From positions 12,586,001 to 12,650,000 of the forward strand of contig NC_043007.1 of assembly GCF_006345805.1 (NCBI RefSeq): a DNA stretch of 64,000 bases, read 5' to 3'. Below are positions 12,030 to 25,306 of the stretch, one piece after another. A program made the position numbers and the translations under genes. This stretch comes from Octopus sinensis. Taxonomy: Eukaryota. Every line of letters begins with the position of its first letter. Position 1 is the first letter of the stretch. Below the pieces are notes generated by a model, which worked only from the letters and a program-made list of their open reading frames with translations, was not told the origin of the DNA and did no database searches.

Positions 12030-14142
12030 TCTCTAATTAATGTAGTTAGTAAGTGGTGGTGGTGGTGGTGGTGATTAAGGCTGCCTGATTAGTTTATTAG
12101 AAAGCACAAAATTTTTTTTTTTTAAATGTCAATCATTAATTCTGATTTACAGCAATTAATTGTATGTGGGCAATATAGAAATGTTGAACTTCCTCTGCTC
12201 CCAGCTTTGTTTTTGCTGGTTCTGGTGTTTCCACAGCAGATATGGGCGAAGTAGGCTCAGCTAAAGTCTAACAGTTTATACTCCTTTACACTTATTACTG
12301 CTGTGTGTCCCAAGTGTTTATAGCTCCAGTATGTGTTTATCATATTTGCTTGAACTATATCAGCAGTATTTCTAGGATGGTATTGTAAATGTGTTTTTGT
12401 ATGGGGCTCATTGTGTATATAGCTACAAGATGACTACAATAGAACTGCATCTTGCATATACCATTGCTCTTTCAATTTTCAATAATTTTGTTTCACTGTG
12501 TAGATTGTCTTTATGCATTCATTGATGTGAAGTGTGCTGTTTTGACTGCTTTGTAGTTTGTTAATAGATTTGGAAATCCTGACAAGATGTGCCACAGTCC
12601 AAGTTAGATCTTAGTTACTGTTGAATCTTTTTATTGACCAAAAGTAGTACCTTTGTTCTTTGTATGTCCATACATCATTTTGCTTTCTTTACTATCTTCT
12701 GCACGTGCTGTGAAAGTTGCGGAAGTATTGCATGTAACTTTTAGCATTTTCGTCGTCTTGGCATGTGCATGTGTGTGTGTATGATGTATTGGTGACTGTG
12801 ATAGTTCATTGTGTTTGATGTTACTGGTAAGAAGAGAAAGATAGTGCATTTAGTTGGAACCAAGGCTTTTGTTTTTGGAGTGATTGACAATAACGTTGGA
12901 ATAATTATCTTGCTGTCTTTGGGAAATTATGGGAAGGCTGTGACTGTGATGTAATCTGCACTTAAGACTGTGTGTGCATGCTTTTTGTGAATTTGTGTTA
13001 AGATCATGTTGGTGTTAGTTATCAAGAGGTGAAATAATGTCAGTGATGATGAGGTTGATGTTCAGCTTGGTTAGTTGTTAGAGTTTCTATGAAAAACAGA
13101 GTGGGGAGAAGACCAGAGAGATAATATTCTTAGAGAGATTAGGTGTTTTAGTGCGACAGGTCTGAGAATTTAAAAATACAATAAATGAGAAGAAAAGATA
13201 ACTGAGTCTAGGTGAGGAAGGGGTGTGCAGACAGTGCAGGGGAGCAGAAGTCATGTTAGTAGCAGTAAAAGTGACAGAGCTTAAGAAGAGTCTTTGAATG
13301 TACGGCTGAAAACTGTGTTGTTCCATTTAGGAAATTACACATTCTTGAAGTGTTGTTGTTATAGACTTGGCAAACCGAGTGCCTGTTTGATATTGTTTAT
13401 ATTGTTTTTTAAGGAGATGTTAAGTGTTTGTGTAGTTGTTTAGCCACAGACTGGCTTTGGTCAAGCTATGACTGTCCCATTCTTTTTTAATAGATATGTA
13501 GGGCAACATTATCCGATGTGCCCTTCCTCCAAAACTACAATTTAAAAGATTTGTCTGCTTATTTCTAGCTATGCCAAGGCTCCTTCATTGGCTTGTATTT
13601 TGTATTGTAGAGGGCAGTGGAATCAAAATCTTACTTGATGATGGTTAGGAGAGCACTTAAGGGGTATTTTTTCCTTCTTGTTGTCATCTATCTTTTGTAT
13701 AAGGCTTTTAAATGGTGTAGTGGCCCTTATCCCTGTTGTGAGTTGAAGAGAGGAACATGTGGGTTGCCAACAGTGAGTGTTCCAAAGATTAATGAATGTG
13801 TGCCAGGCATACTAATGGACCTACATGTTGATACTTTTATTAATTACATTAAATTGCAATAACCGGACAGTTTATGTCAAGCATTTGAGTATTTACAGCT
13901 AAATATATGCTACTAGACTGTAGCTTGGTGTTATATGATCTTGCTCACGAGTTAACTGCTGCAATCTGATGTTATATTTAATCAAATCATTTCTATTAAG
14001 CTAGCTTTCCCCCTGCAACATCATCATCATCATCATCCTAGTTTTATGTTCACTTTGCTTGCTGGTATGGATTTGAACATGTCATGGCCTACATCAATTC
14101 TTATTCCTTGCCTTCCGAAATGTATCAGAAGACCACATCAAG

Positions 14143-14229
14143 ATGTCCCAGTTTTCACTTGTTTTCACATTCATATGTCCCAGTTTTCACTTGTTTTCAC
14201 ATTCATATGTCCCAGTTTTCACTTGCTTT
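14143..14229 (+). repeat. 32-bp tandem repeat, about 2.7 copies
   Basis: ATGTCCCAGTTTTCACTTGTTTTCACATTCAT at 14143, 14175, 14207. Confidence 0.85.
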
Positions 14230-14895
14230 CTGTGACTGGATGCCCTTCCTAACACCAACTACTTATTACATTCCAATTATTATATTCCATTTATTCTTTA
14301 TAGAAACCTATGTGTAGACAGGCAGACAGACAGACAGACATGTTAAATTTACCCTCTTCTCCTTACGCCGACAACATGAAGAACATCCTTAAATCAATTT
14401 TCAACTCCCACTGAGGTGTCACTAGAGGTACCTGCTTGACTTGACCAGTGCTCAGCTGTTGATTCATTGTCTGCAAAGTCAAACCTCAGCAGCAGAATTT
14501 GAACTCAAAGCATAAAGAACCAGACGAAATTCTGCCAAGCATTTCGTTTGATGTGCTAGCAATTCTGCCATTTCACTGCCTTTTTAATACTAACACTCTT
14601 GGTAGAGGCATAAGACCAGAAATTTTGAGGGAGAGAGGGAGTAGTCAATATCATTGACCTTAATACTTTGCGTTTTCTCCTTCAAGGGTCAAATACCAGC
14701 AAAGTTAACCTTAGCAGGATTTGAACTTGGAATGTAAAGAGCTGGAACCAATACAGTAAAACATTTTTTCCCCACGCTCTAATTATTCTGCCAACTCATC
14801 ATCTTATAATTGTTTCTATTCTAGGCTCAAGGCCAACGATTTTGGGGTGGGTGTAGTTGATTATATTCATTATCATCATCATCATTTAACATTTA

Positions 14896-15335
14896 ATATA
14901 CATCTGGAAGATCCTGGAAGGACTTGTCCCAAACTTTGGCATTGAGAGTTACACAAATACTAGAACTGGGCGCCACTGCATAGTGCCAAGGACTCCAAAT
15001 TTGCCATCAAGGTGTAGGACAAGACACTGCAATAGCCTGGGCTTCAGAGGTCCACAGCTCTTCAATATCCTCCCGAAGGACCTGAGAGACCTGCATGGGG
15101 TGGATGCAGATGTCTTCAAAATAAAGCTGGACCTCTTCCTGTCAAGTGTCTCAGATGAACCAACTTCACGGCAGGAGGTGCAGATGAGAGCAGCTGCATC
15201 AAACTCTCTCATGCACCAAATGTCAATTGCTAAAAAGCATTCGTGAAGTAAAATCATGTAGCAACACCAAATGGCAGTGCCCCAGCATGGCCACAGCTCG
15301 TGAGCTGAAATTAGATGAAATGAGATGAAAAAAAA
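14896..15335 (+). mobile_element. 5'-truncated LINE (CR1/L2-group-like) ORF2 C-terminus plus 3' UTR
   Basis: Open frame 14896-15246 IYIWKILEGLVPNF...NSLGFRGPQLFNILPKDLRDL...VFKIKLDLFLSSVSDEP...RAAASNSL resembles non-LTR RT C-termini; followed by stem-loop tail. Confidence 0.8.
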
Positions 15336-16220
15336 TTATCTGTTTCTATTCTGACGTAAGTTGGACAGCTTAACAGGAGCTGGCAAGGCCAAGGTCCACA
15401 CTGGATTCCATAGCCTGTTTTGGCTCGGTTTCTACAACTAGATGGTCTTCCTAATACCAACCACTTTACAGAGTGTACTGGGTGTTTTTTACATGGTACC
15501 TTGGTTTTTGGATATCAGTTCAGTTGTGGTGGGCAGGTCTTCTTGAGTACAGCGACACACCACATATCTCAGTCTTCTGTCATCTCCTTCATAAGCCTCA
15601 GCGTTTCGAGAACGGCCTTCAATTCTTCATCCCAATGTCTTCCTGGATTTCCCTCTTCAATAACTTCCCTCCATTCTAAGTGATTGACACTCCTTTATGC
15701 ATTAACTCAAGTACTTGAATGGTACTTCTTTTTAATGACCTCGTAGAAATGAAAGCAGTTCTGGCCTCAACAGGATTTGGATTCAGAATTTAAGGAGAGC
15801 CAAAACAAATACCAAAAGGCACTTTGTCAAACACTCCAATGATTCTGACACAAGGCCAAACATTTCTTGGAAGGAATCACACTCATTTGAATCAGTCCTC
15901 GTGTAATGATGTTCTTTATCATCCTCAGAGCAAATGTAAAATCAGACCTCTTAGGATTTGACCCCTCAAAGGAACATAACTAAATACAATAGGGTAGCTT
16001 GAAACTCACTTTGCCAATTCTCCTATCTATTGTGTTCTCAGTATGATGGTATTAACCAGACTATTGGATATTGTTTAAATCACTCGTTGCAATGCACTTT
16101 GTCTGGTTTTAACCTTTGAATGATACTACCCTGCTGGCTAGGTGGGCAAGCCAACATTCCCCATTGTTTGGAAGATTAATCTGTTATAAAGTTATTCATT
16201 TTGATAGTAACTTGTCTAAG

Positions 16221-16618
16221 ACTCTCTTTTACTTGTTTCAATCATTTGACTGTGGCCATGCTGGAGCACTGTCTTTAGTCGAGCAAATTGACCCAGGACT
16301 TATTCTTTGTAAGCCTATTAGTTATTCTATCGGTCTCTTTTGCTGAACCGCTAAGTTACGGGGACGTAAACACACCAGCATCGGTTGTCAAGCGATGTTG
16401 GGGGGGAGGGACAAACATGTTCACACATATACATATATATATAGATACATAGATACGACGGGCTTCTTTCAGTTTCCGTCTACCAAATCCACTCACAAGG
16501 CTTTGGTCGGCCTGAGGCTATAGTAGAAGACACTTGTCCAAGGTGCCACACAGTGGGACTGAACCCAGAACCATGTGGTTGGTAAGCAAGCTACTTACCA
16601 CACAGCCACTCCTGCGTC
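16221..16618 (-). mobile_element. SINE family A
   Basis: Similarity to 3992-4390. Confidence 0.85.
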
Positions 16619-17284
16619 TACAAAGACTGTCTCTAGTTCTATGATATAAGCTTCTTGTTTTAAAGTGATCTAACTTAAACCCTTTCATTTGAATTTCATG
16701 TGAATTTATGTTCCAAACAACCAGCTAAATTCTTTGTTATTTTAAAAATCAATTGAAACAAAGGTTCTATGTTTCAACAGAAATATGGTAGCAAAAGAGC
16801 TGAAGGGGAAAGAATTTTGTAACTGATAAATCCTTACAAATAACCAAGAACTTTAATGATTCAACTTCCAGGAACCATCACTTTGTTACCCACAATGAGG
16901 GCTGAGTATGTATGGTGCTTCTGTCTTGCAGTGCAGAGCAGCACAGGCAGGCTGATTACATATATAACACATTCTTGGTCTCTAAGTTTAGTTAATTTAC
17001 TTGTACTATTTGGCTACATTCATCTACCTGTTACAGATCATACTTGAAAAATATTTCCCTTTTTATTTTAATAATTGCTATGAATGTAAGATCTTGTAAC
17101 TTACATGAAGAGCATTTGTCATTTCAGTCAATAAATAGGAAGGAAAGTAATTAAATTATATTAAGAGTGCAAAGTTTAGAAAAGCTTTATTCAACACAAT
17201 CATCCCACTCCCAAATTTGCCATCACCCCTTCCTTTTTCATTCATATGTTGTGAGGAGAAAGACAAGTGTATTATTATAGAAGA

Positions 17285-17678
17285 CTAGCAGTATCGCCCG
17301 GCATTGCTCGGGTTTGTTTCGACCCTTTAGAATTGGAATTTTTGAAAAGTAAAAATTTCACATTATGTAGCTTGTTATTCTCTCTAAGTGAACATTTTTC
17401 TGGTTGAAATACACTGAAAAATGATGACCCAGCAGTCAAAAAATCGTAAAACATAGGGATTTTCATAGAAAAAAAGCACCTTTTTGATGTAAATAATTTT
17501 TGGTATTAACATGGTCCGATTTGAATTTTTTCTTCTATGGAAGGAAGAGCAAGCCTTCTTCTATCATACTCTCAATTTTGGTCAACTTGCGCTGCAGGGT
17601 CTCGGAGGAGATAGTGTTAGTTGAAGGCTACCAAACCTGCCATATACAGACAACTTCAGCTTTATATATATAGAGAGA
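17285..17678 (-). mobile_element. Non-autonomous Helitron
   Basis: Minus strand A|TCTCTCTATATATATAAAGCTGAAG ... CCCGAGCAATGCCGGG hairpin ... CTAG|T; no TSD, A|T target. Confidence 0.85.
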
Positions 17679-17884
17679 TTTTGGCCCAAACAAGCCCTAA
17701 CCTTGAACTAAAACATTTTAGCAAGCAGTAAAGCATAAATGTTTCCTAAGTTGTTAAATCTTGTGCAGCATTGTAAATATGCATGACCAGCTATACTCAT
17801 ATGATTGACAGTCAAGTAACTCATCAAGATTAGGGATTTGAGATACTTTCTTTACTAAGCAAAGCCACTATTTTATTTTTCTAT

Positions 17885-18248
17885 TGTGTGGTAAGTAGCT
17901 TGCTTACCAACCACATGGTTCTGGGTTCATTCCTACTGCGTGGCACGTTGGCCAAGTGTCTTCTACTATAGCCTTGTGCCAACCAAAGCCTTGTGAGTGG
18001 ATTTGGTAGACAGAAACTGAAGGAAGCCCATCATATATATGTATGTGTCTTGTGTTTGTCCGCCCCCAACATCGCTTGACAACCGCTGTTGGTGTGTTTA
18101 CATCCCCGTAACTTAGCGGTTCGGCAAAAGTCTCTGATAGAATAAGTACTAGGCTTACAAAGAATAAATCCTAGGGTCGATTTGTTCGATTAAAAGCGGT
18201 GATCCAGCATGGCCGCAGTCAAATGACTGAAACAAGTAAAAGAGTAAA
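17885..18248 (+). mobile_element. SINE family A
   Basis: Similarity to 3992-4390. Confidence 0.85.
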
Positions 18249-20521
18249 CTATTGATAGAAACTATAAATTGTGTTTTTGACAGCTATTGCAACACTTGAG
18301 ATTGTTGCATTCATATGCTCTTCTCTAGTACAATTGGATCTTGTGTCGAATGCTTCTCTGTTGTAGTTAGGCTACGCTTTAACTAACAGAGGCCCCTGTT
18401 GTCTTTATATTTGCCAATTAGGTTCTGTAGATCCAGGATTATGTCACTGAGCAAAGCAACTGGCAAGCTTCAGGACATGGAAAATGATTATGCGAGAAAG
18501 CAAGCTTAGAGCATCCCATCTCCTATAAGAAAAAAGCTTATTTGGAAAACTTTGAGTAATGGTAATGATTGTTTTTGTTGAATATGTGTTGAATATTTAT
18601 TTTAGAGATGACATAATTTGCTAGTGTTACAATGAGCAATAAAAAAAAAATCCTCCCTCCCCAAAATCTGGCTTTTGTTAGGGAATAATATAAAATATTA
18701 ATGGTGTTATTCATCAGATGAATCAAATATTCGCTGGTTACAAAAATTAGCTCTTTGTTTCAGAACTGAAGCTGCCGTTATGTTTGTGTGTGTGTGTGTA
18801 TTTATAATTTCCATCTATGTTTGTAATACAGGGGTAGAATCACATGGACACTCATTTTGGGGGAATTTTCATATAATAATGTAATGAAGGCTGAGGTGGG
18901 GGGGGGTACAGTAATGAAGTATGCCAGTGATATCTTATCACAGCTGTGCATCCAGTTCATGTGATTGATTGGAGAGATAGGGGGAGCCAAAGCAGTTCTT
19001 TATTGCAGTAATTATATAATTATGCACTGCTAATATATATATATATATATATATATATGTATTGGTATACATATTTGTATGTATGTACGTATTTATAAAT
19101 ATTCATTCCATTTCCTGTTCCAAATTATTCTAATTTAGATGTATCATTGGCAGAAAAAAAAGAAGTGTTGGTTGTCCTTACTTTCTCTTTATTTAGCAAT
19201 GTTGTTTGTAGTTGAACTTAAAGAATCTTGATAAATTAAGTTCTCATTAACTGACTGCAAAATTGGGCTGACCTTTCTTGGTGAAAGCCCTGGTATTTTA
19301 ATAAACCCTCCTAAATAATAAGTCGCAGTTTACAGCCTGAAGCTTCTCCAGCAGATCTTTCAGGTTCCTACACCAAATTTCAGTTTTAGGCTGAAGTTCA
19401 CGAAAGACACTGTTAAATAACAAGGTGCAAAGGCTTTCAAAATAAAATTTCCAATTATAAGCTATTCACCAATGAAATATGTTACTTCTTCATTTTGGTG
19501 ACTCAAAACTGAAATGTTACAGAGTGGAGGCTGCTTTCATTGCGTCACAAGCAAACAAGCAGCGAAAAGAAAAAGGAAAAGCATGGAGAACAGCTGTTAT
19601 TGCTTTGTAGGTTCAACAACAACATCTGTATTCCATGCTGGCATGGGTTTGACTGGTTTGGCAGGATCTGACCCATCAGAGGAGTGTGTTGAGCTCCAGT
19701 GTCTGTTTTACCATGGGGTTTTGTGGCTGGATGCTCTTCCTAACATCAACCACTTTACAAATGTACATGGTGTTTTCTTCTATCATTGGCACTAGTGAGG
19801 TCACCAAGTAAGTTGTCTTTCGAAACACTGTAGTACAGCTGAAAACTTTGTTGCTATTAAAGCTCCAATTAGAATCCACAATCCAAGACATTCAATCTAT
19901 AGCTATCCTGTGATTTTTTTTTAATGGTAGGTTGTGATTTGAAGGAGATTCGGCTGTTGTATCTAGCATGTTGAATGACCCATTAGAGACATGTTCATTA
20001 CTTCAACCGAAAACTTTGTCTCCACATGGTGCATTCTGTGCAGTTCAGCCTGATGGACTAAATTTATTCCCTTCCTCATATTAGCATTCATAGAAAGATT
20101 TACTGTGTTCTTGTGTAACTGATGAACAGTACCCTTTTGTTTGGTATTTTCTGTTGGGTAGATTCAGTTATTTATAAAGGTCTTTGCTAACACTGTTGGC
20201 AGTATACAAGCTGTTGACCTTCGGTTCATGAGCCATTCTGTTCACATGGTCAGCTATTACTTTCTGTTTGACTATATACAGTATCAATGAATTCCTTGGT
20301 ATCATAACAGTGTGTACATTATTGATAACACATTTGTGAAGACACAAATGTAGAACAACATTCATTTAGTCTTGGAGAAGAATTTCTCTTTAGTCATGCT
20401 CCAGATAATGTCGGCCAACAGACACCAGTGTTTCAGTATAATTTTTGCCTTCTCAGTGCCAAACACAACCCAAGTCGTCTGAAGCTAGTTAGAAATATCT
20501 GTACCTATATGAAGATTGCAA

Positions 20522-20924
20522 AAGGCGATGACCTGGCAGAAACATTAGCACGCCGGGTGAAATGCTTAGCAGTATTTCGTCTGCCGTTACGTTCTGAGTT
20601 CAAATTCCGCCAAGGTCGACTTTGCCTTTCATCCTTTCAGGGTCGATTAAATAAGTACCAGTTACGCACTGGGGTCGATGTAATCGACTTAATCCATTTG
20701 TCCTCTCTGTGTTTAGCCCCTTGTGGGTAATAAAGAAATAGGTATTTCGTCTGCTGTTACGTTCTGAGTTCAAATTCCACCAAGGTTGACTTTACCTTTC
20801 ATCCTTTTGAGGTTGATAAATTAAGTACCAGTTACGCACTGGGGTCAATGTACTCGACTTAATCCCTTTTTCTGTCCTTGTTTGTTCCCTCTATGTTTAG
20901 CCCCTTGTGGGTAGTAAAGAAATA
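20522..20924 (+). mobile_element. SINE B dimer with 17-bp TSD
   Basis: Junction GAAATA|GGTATTTCG at 20740/20741; TSD TATATGAAGATTGCAAA at 20506-20522 and 20925-20941. Confidence 0.9.
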
Positions 20925-21600
20925 TATATGAAGATTGCAAACAAAACATTTGCTGATGTGTGCAGAAGTGTGCCAGGCTGCAATTCATTTATTATATATA
21001 CCTGAAGCTGCAGAGATCAAAATAATGATGTGTACATCATTTAGAGCACATTTCTGTACACTTTATTTTGATCTCAGCTGTCAAATGTGTACACTGACTT
21101 AGTATTAATTTCTCTCCCACAAATATTTTTTCGTATCAGTTTACTACTTATTTAGTCCTGGATCAAACTGACTTAGCATCAAAAACAGTCTAGCCTTGAC
21201 CATCCCATTTTTTTTTATTGTGTGTTTTCTCTTTTAAGATGAAGAGATGTGATTTGAGGAAGATTTAGCTGCTATTTCTCACAGGTCAAGTAATAATATA
21301 GTCTCCTTTAAAAGTATTGTAGTGATAGTATACATAACTCTGCTGCTGTTGGACAGCCTTGGTTCTAGTTTCAACTGAAAGATAATAAATCCAACCACTG
21401 AGCCTTTTAGCATATCCAGTGCTTTTGTCAATGAGTTGCACCTCTCTGTTACTTAATTTACTGGTGTCACTCAGTTTTTATGCACATTTCTTTATAGTAA
21501 GTACTGGCAAAGAAGACCGCATGTCTGCTGATGAAAAGTAAGAAGGCAGAAACAATTGAAGTTATCTACCTTCCCTGCTCAAAAGTATGTTATCTAACAT

Positions 21601-21762
21601 ACGCAGGAGGGGGCTGTGTGGTAAGTAGCTTGCTTACCAACCACATGGTCCCGGGTTCAGTCCCACTGCGTGGCACCTTGGGCAAGTGTATTCTACTATA
21701 GCCTTGGACCAACCAAAGCCTTGTGAGTGGATTTGGTAGACAGAAACTGGAAGAAACCCATC

Positions 21763-21806
<44 letters not shown>

Positions 21807-21988
21807 GTGTGTCTGTTTGTTCCCCCAGCATCACTTGACAACCGATGCTGGTGTGTTTACGTCCCCATAACTTAGTGGTTCAGCAAAAGAGACTGACAGA
21901 ATAAGTACTAGGCTTACAAAGAATAAGCTCTGGAGGTCAATTTGCTCAAATGGCTGCAGTCAAATGACTGCAACAAGTAAGAGAGTAA
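21601..21988 (+). mobile_element. SINE family A
   Basis: Similarity to 3992-4390. Confidence 0.85.
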
Positions 21989-22857
21989 CATATAATATGC
22001 TTCTGTAACCCTATTGTGGTTTTGCTACTGTTGAAAAACATTTGAAATGTTCAAACCCACCAAGATGCAACCTGTTGACCCAGAAACCTGAAAATAAGTA
22101 CCAGCCTTACAAAAATAACCACTTAGGTCGGTTTGTTTGACTAAAATTCTTCAAGGCTGTCCCCAGGTATTTACACAAACACATTCACAAATGGCTTCTG
22201 CATACTTTCTGTCTACCAAGGTTCACTACTTATACATTAAAATATACAAGGATAACTGTGTGTAACATTAAAGACATATTTTTAATGAAATATTATAATG
22301 CATTACTAATTTAAAACCTGTTTTTATATTTTGTTATTCAAATTGTCAACTGTGAGTTGCATGCTTTGACTTATGCTTGAGTGATTTTGAAGACATGACC
22401 AATAATTCGAGGCTGTTATAAAGTTTCAATTTCCGTATTCTATTAAAAAGCAGAATGGATGAACTCTTGACAAGATACAACAGTTGACAGATGATGTATG
22501 AGGTTGTTGCTCTTTTAGAAAGTCAGCAACTATCTTATAGCATAATTTTATATTGATGACCAGCTTAACATCTGACAGATCCTTTTGAACTCGTTCTACA
22601 TTAATCGTTTTGCATTCACTGCAGTGTAATTTGCTTATTGCATAAGGAGAAAACTGTTTTTACCAAGAGAAACAGTTCTTCACCTAATTTTCATCAAAAT
22701 TCTATCACTTGGCCCACCTTATCTCTAACACTTTTGTTTTCCTAATTGTTAACAAGTCATCTGAATAATCCATAGCTTTCAGTTTAGGGTTACTTTGCTG
22801 TTACCGCAAAAGCTCTCTACTCAGTCTATTTACTTAAAACCCTCTCTCTCCGTGGAA

Positions 22858-23165
22858 CATCATCATCATCGTTTAACGTCCGCTTTCTATGCTAGCATGG
22901 GTTGGACGATTTGACTGAGGTCTGGCGAACCAGATGGCTGCACCAGGCTCCAATCTTGATCTGGCAGAGTTTCTACAGCTGGATGCCCTTCCTAACGCCA
23001 ACCACTCTGAGAGTGTAGTGGGTGCTTTTATGTGCCGCTGGCATGAGGGCCAGTCAAGCGGTACTGGCAATGGCCACGCTCAAATGGTGTTTTTTTATGT
23101 GCCACCTGCACAAGAGCCAGTCAAGTGGCACTGGTAATGGCCATGTTCAAATGTTTTTTTTTTAT
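22858..23165 (-). mobile_element. Family C retroelement
   Basis: Core plus two monomers; (ATC)n tail at left. Confidence 0.8.
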
Positions 23166-23611
23166 GTGCCTGATTTTCCTATGTTATTCTTAACTCTGAG
23201 CTGTCTTTTTGTTTCCTAGGTCTTGTTGGTTTTGAATTGTTGTTGATGCTTCTGTGATTTTGCTTTTATCTAGGTAGGGGTGCTGGCCCAATGCAAAACC
23301 CAGTTTTGCCTCTGGTAAGAGGTGGTCCATATTGATCTGGCTGCTATCTTTGACCTGTCCAGCATGGGAGGCTCTACCAGGATCTTGCACTCTACTGGCC
23401 TGGTTCTCAGGGTCATTGAGATACACAAGCAACCACTTTGCCACAAGAACTGGACATTGTGGTGGTTTTCTCAGTTTACTATAATTCTTACATAGTCTTG
23501 CTATCATTAAAAGGTAACTTGCATGATGCTCGTTGATTGCGACCATTACTACCAACCAACATTTTGTTTTGCTCTGATAACTTTGACTCTTCAGGAAAAA
23601 AATTTGTTTAT

Positions 23612-24033
23612 CTTACTCTTTACTCTTTTACTTGTTTCAGTAATTTGACTGTGGCCATGCTGGAACACCACTTTTAGTTGAGCAAATCGACCACTGGACT
23701 TATTCTTTGTAAGCCTAGTACTTATTCTATCGGTCTCTTTTGCTGAACCGCTAAGTTACGGAGATGTAAACACACCAGCATTGGTTGTCAAGCGATGTTG
23801 GGGAGGGACAAACCCAGACACACAAACATATATACACACATGCACACACACATATATACATACATATATACGACGAGCTTGTTTCAGTTTCCGTCTACCA
23901 AATCCACCTACAAGGCTTTGGTCGGCCCAAGGCTATAGTAGAAGACACTTGCCTAAGGTGCCATGCAGTGGGACTGAACCCGGAACCATGTGGTTGGTAA
24001 GCTAGCTACATACCTCACAGCCTCTCTTGTGCC
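23612..24033 (-). mobile_element. SINE family A
   Basis: Similarity to 3992-4390. Confidence 0.85.
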
Positions 24034-24905
24034 TATATCTTAATTATTTTTTAATTTCTTGCAACCTTCTCTTTATGTCTCTGTTAGTGGTTTACAAATG
24101 AAGAGCATTAGAAGGAGGAAAATAGTTGGACTTAGCTTAACCTAAGACACTGAAACAAAAGTGGAGAGAGGCACATATTTTGGAATCCTCATTCTGTGAC
24201 TCTAAGTAGTCCTAGCTAAGAATTACCTGATAGTTTGCCCATTGTCAGATTTCCACTGTTTGGACATTTTGAGGAATAATATAAACATTGCACAAGACTG
24301 CATAAGAAAGTGGAAAGATTTGGTATAAACATAATATAACAAGGAAAGGAAAGTTTTATTACTTTCTCAGTGATACCTTGTTGTAATACATACAGATTTC
24401 CTCCTGAATTTTCACTCCCGACAAGCACACCTATTCCTTTCAAACACAGTTCTCCTCAATGACATCTGCTGCTTATCTCTCATGGCCTTATCTCCTGCAC
24501 CATTTTAGCTCCATATTGATGTCTGTCAGTCTTGTCTTGGTTTATCTTTGAAATTACTTGACTATTGGTTCTACTACATTATCAGTGTCTCTCTTTCCCT
24601 CTCTCTCTCTCTCGGTATAAAAATATTTCATTATGGCATGTAGAAGCTGGCCCTTGTGGTTATCTATAAACAGTACGCTACATGGATGGGGCTGGGGTAA
24701 AAATTTAAAAAAAGCATGTAGCATGGTAACACCAAGCATGACGATGTGGCCACCAAATGGTTCTGAAGGTTGCAAATGTTTAGTTGCCTAGTTACCAACA
24801 TTGGTTCTCTCATGTGTTTGAGGTCATTATTTTAAATGTGTTCTGTAGCAAGATAATATAAGATTTAAGTATGTGTATACATGTGTGTGTATATATCCAT
24901 ATGTA

Positions 24906-25306
24906 TTTACTCTTTTACTTGTTTCTGTCTTTTGACTGCGGCCATGCTGGAGCACCGCCTTTAGTCGAGCAAATCGACCCCGGGACTTATTCTTTGTAAG
25001 CCCAGTACTTATTCTATCGGTCTCTTTTGCCGAACCGCTAAGTGACGGGGACGTAACCACCAGCATCGGTTGTCAAACAATCCATTGAGGACAAACACAG
25101 ACACACAAACATATACACACACATACATATATATACATATATACGACAGGCTTCTTTCAGTTTCCGTCTACCAAATCCACTCACAAGGCATTGGTCGGCC
25201 CGGGGCTATAGTAGAAGACAATTGCCCAAGATGCCACGCAGTGGGACTGAACCCGGAACCATGTGGTTGGTAAGCAAGCTACTTACCACACAGCCACTCC
25301 TTCGCC
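24906..25306 (-). mobile_element. SINE family A
   Basis: Near-identical to 3992-4390. Confidence 0.9.

Larger units (their letters stand above)
16850..20510 (-). pseudogene. Possible heavily decayed RTE-type LINE, interrupted by younger insertions
   Basis: Motif traces in the expected order on the minus strand: EN-like trace near 20.2 kb, RQQGPLLV..EAFDT near 18.35 kb, LETK/IYVISLPVLLC near 16.95 kb; many stops and frameshifts. Confidence 0.35.

Noticed and set aside
12200-13330. Possible decayed RT region
   Set aside because: Composition suggests an old LINE but no convincing motif could be read
21527-21560. CTGATGA...GAAACAATTG hammerhead-like spacing
   Set aside because: No helix II pairing and no UH cleavage triplet
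21498-21584. Exon candidate with a good acceptor and donors at 21538 and 21585
   Set aside because: The 87-nt form has stops in all three frames; the 40-nt form has no independent support
23190-23555. 121-aa minus-strand ORF as a host gene
   Set aside because: No splice or family support; SHAGQV..LLPEAKLGF faintly resembles RTE RT (SHASKV..LPxxQxGF), so it is more likely a decayed LINE piece, too weak to call
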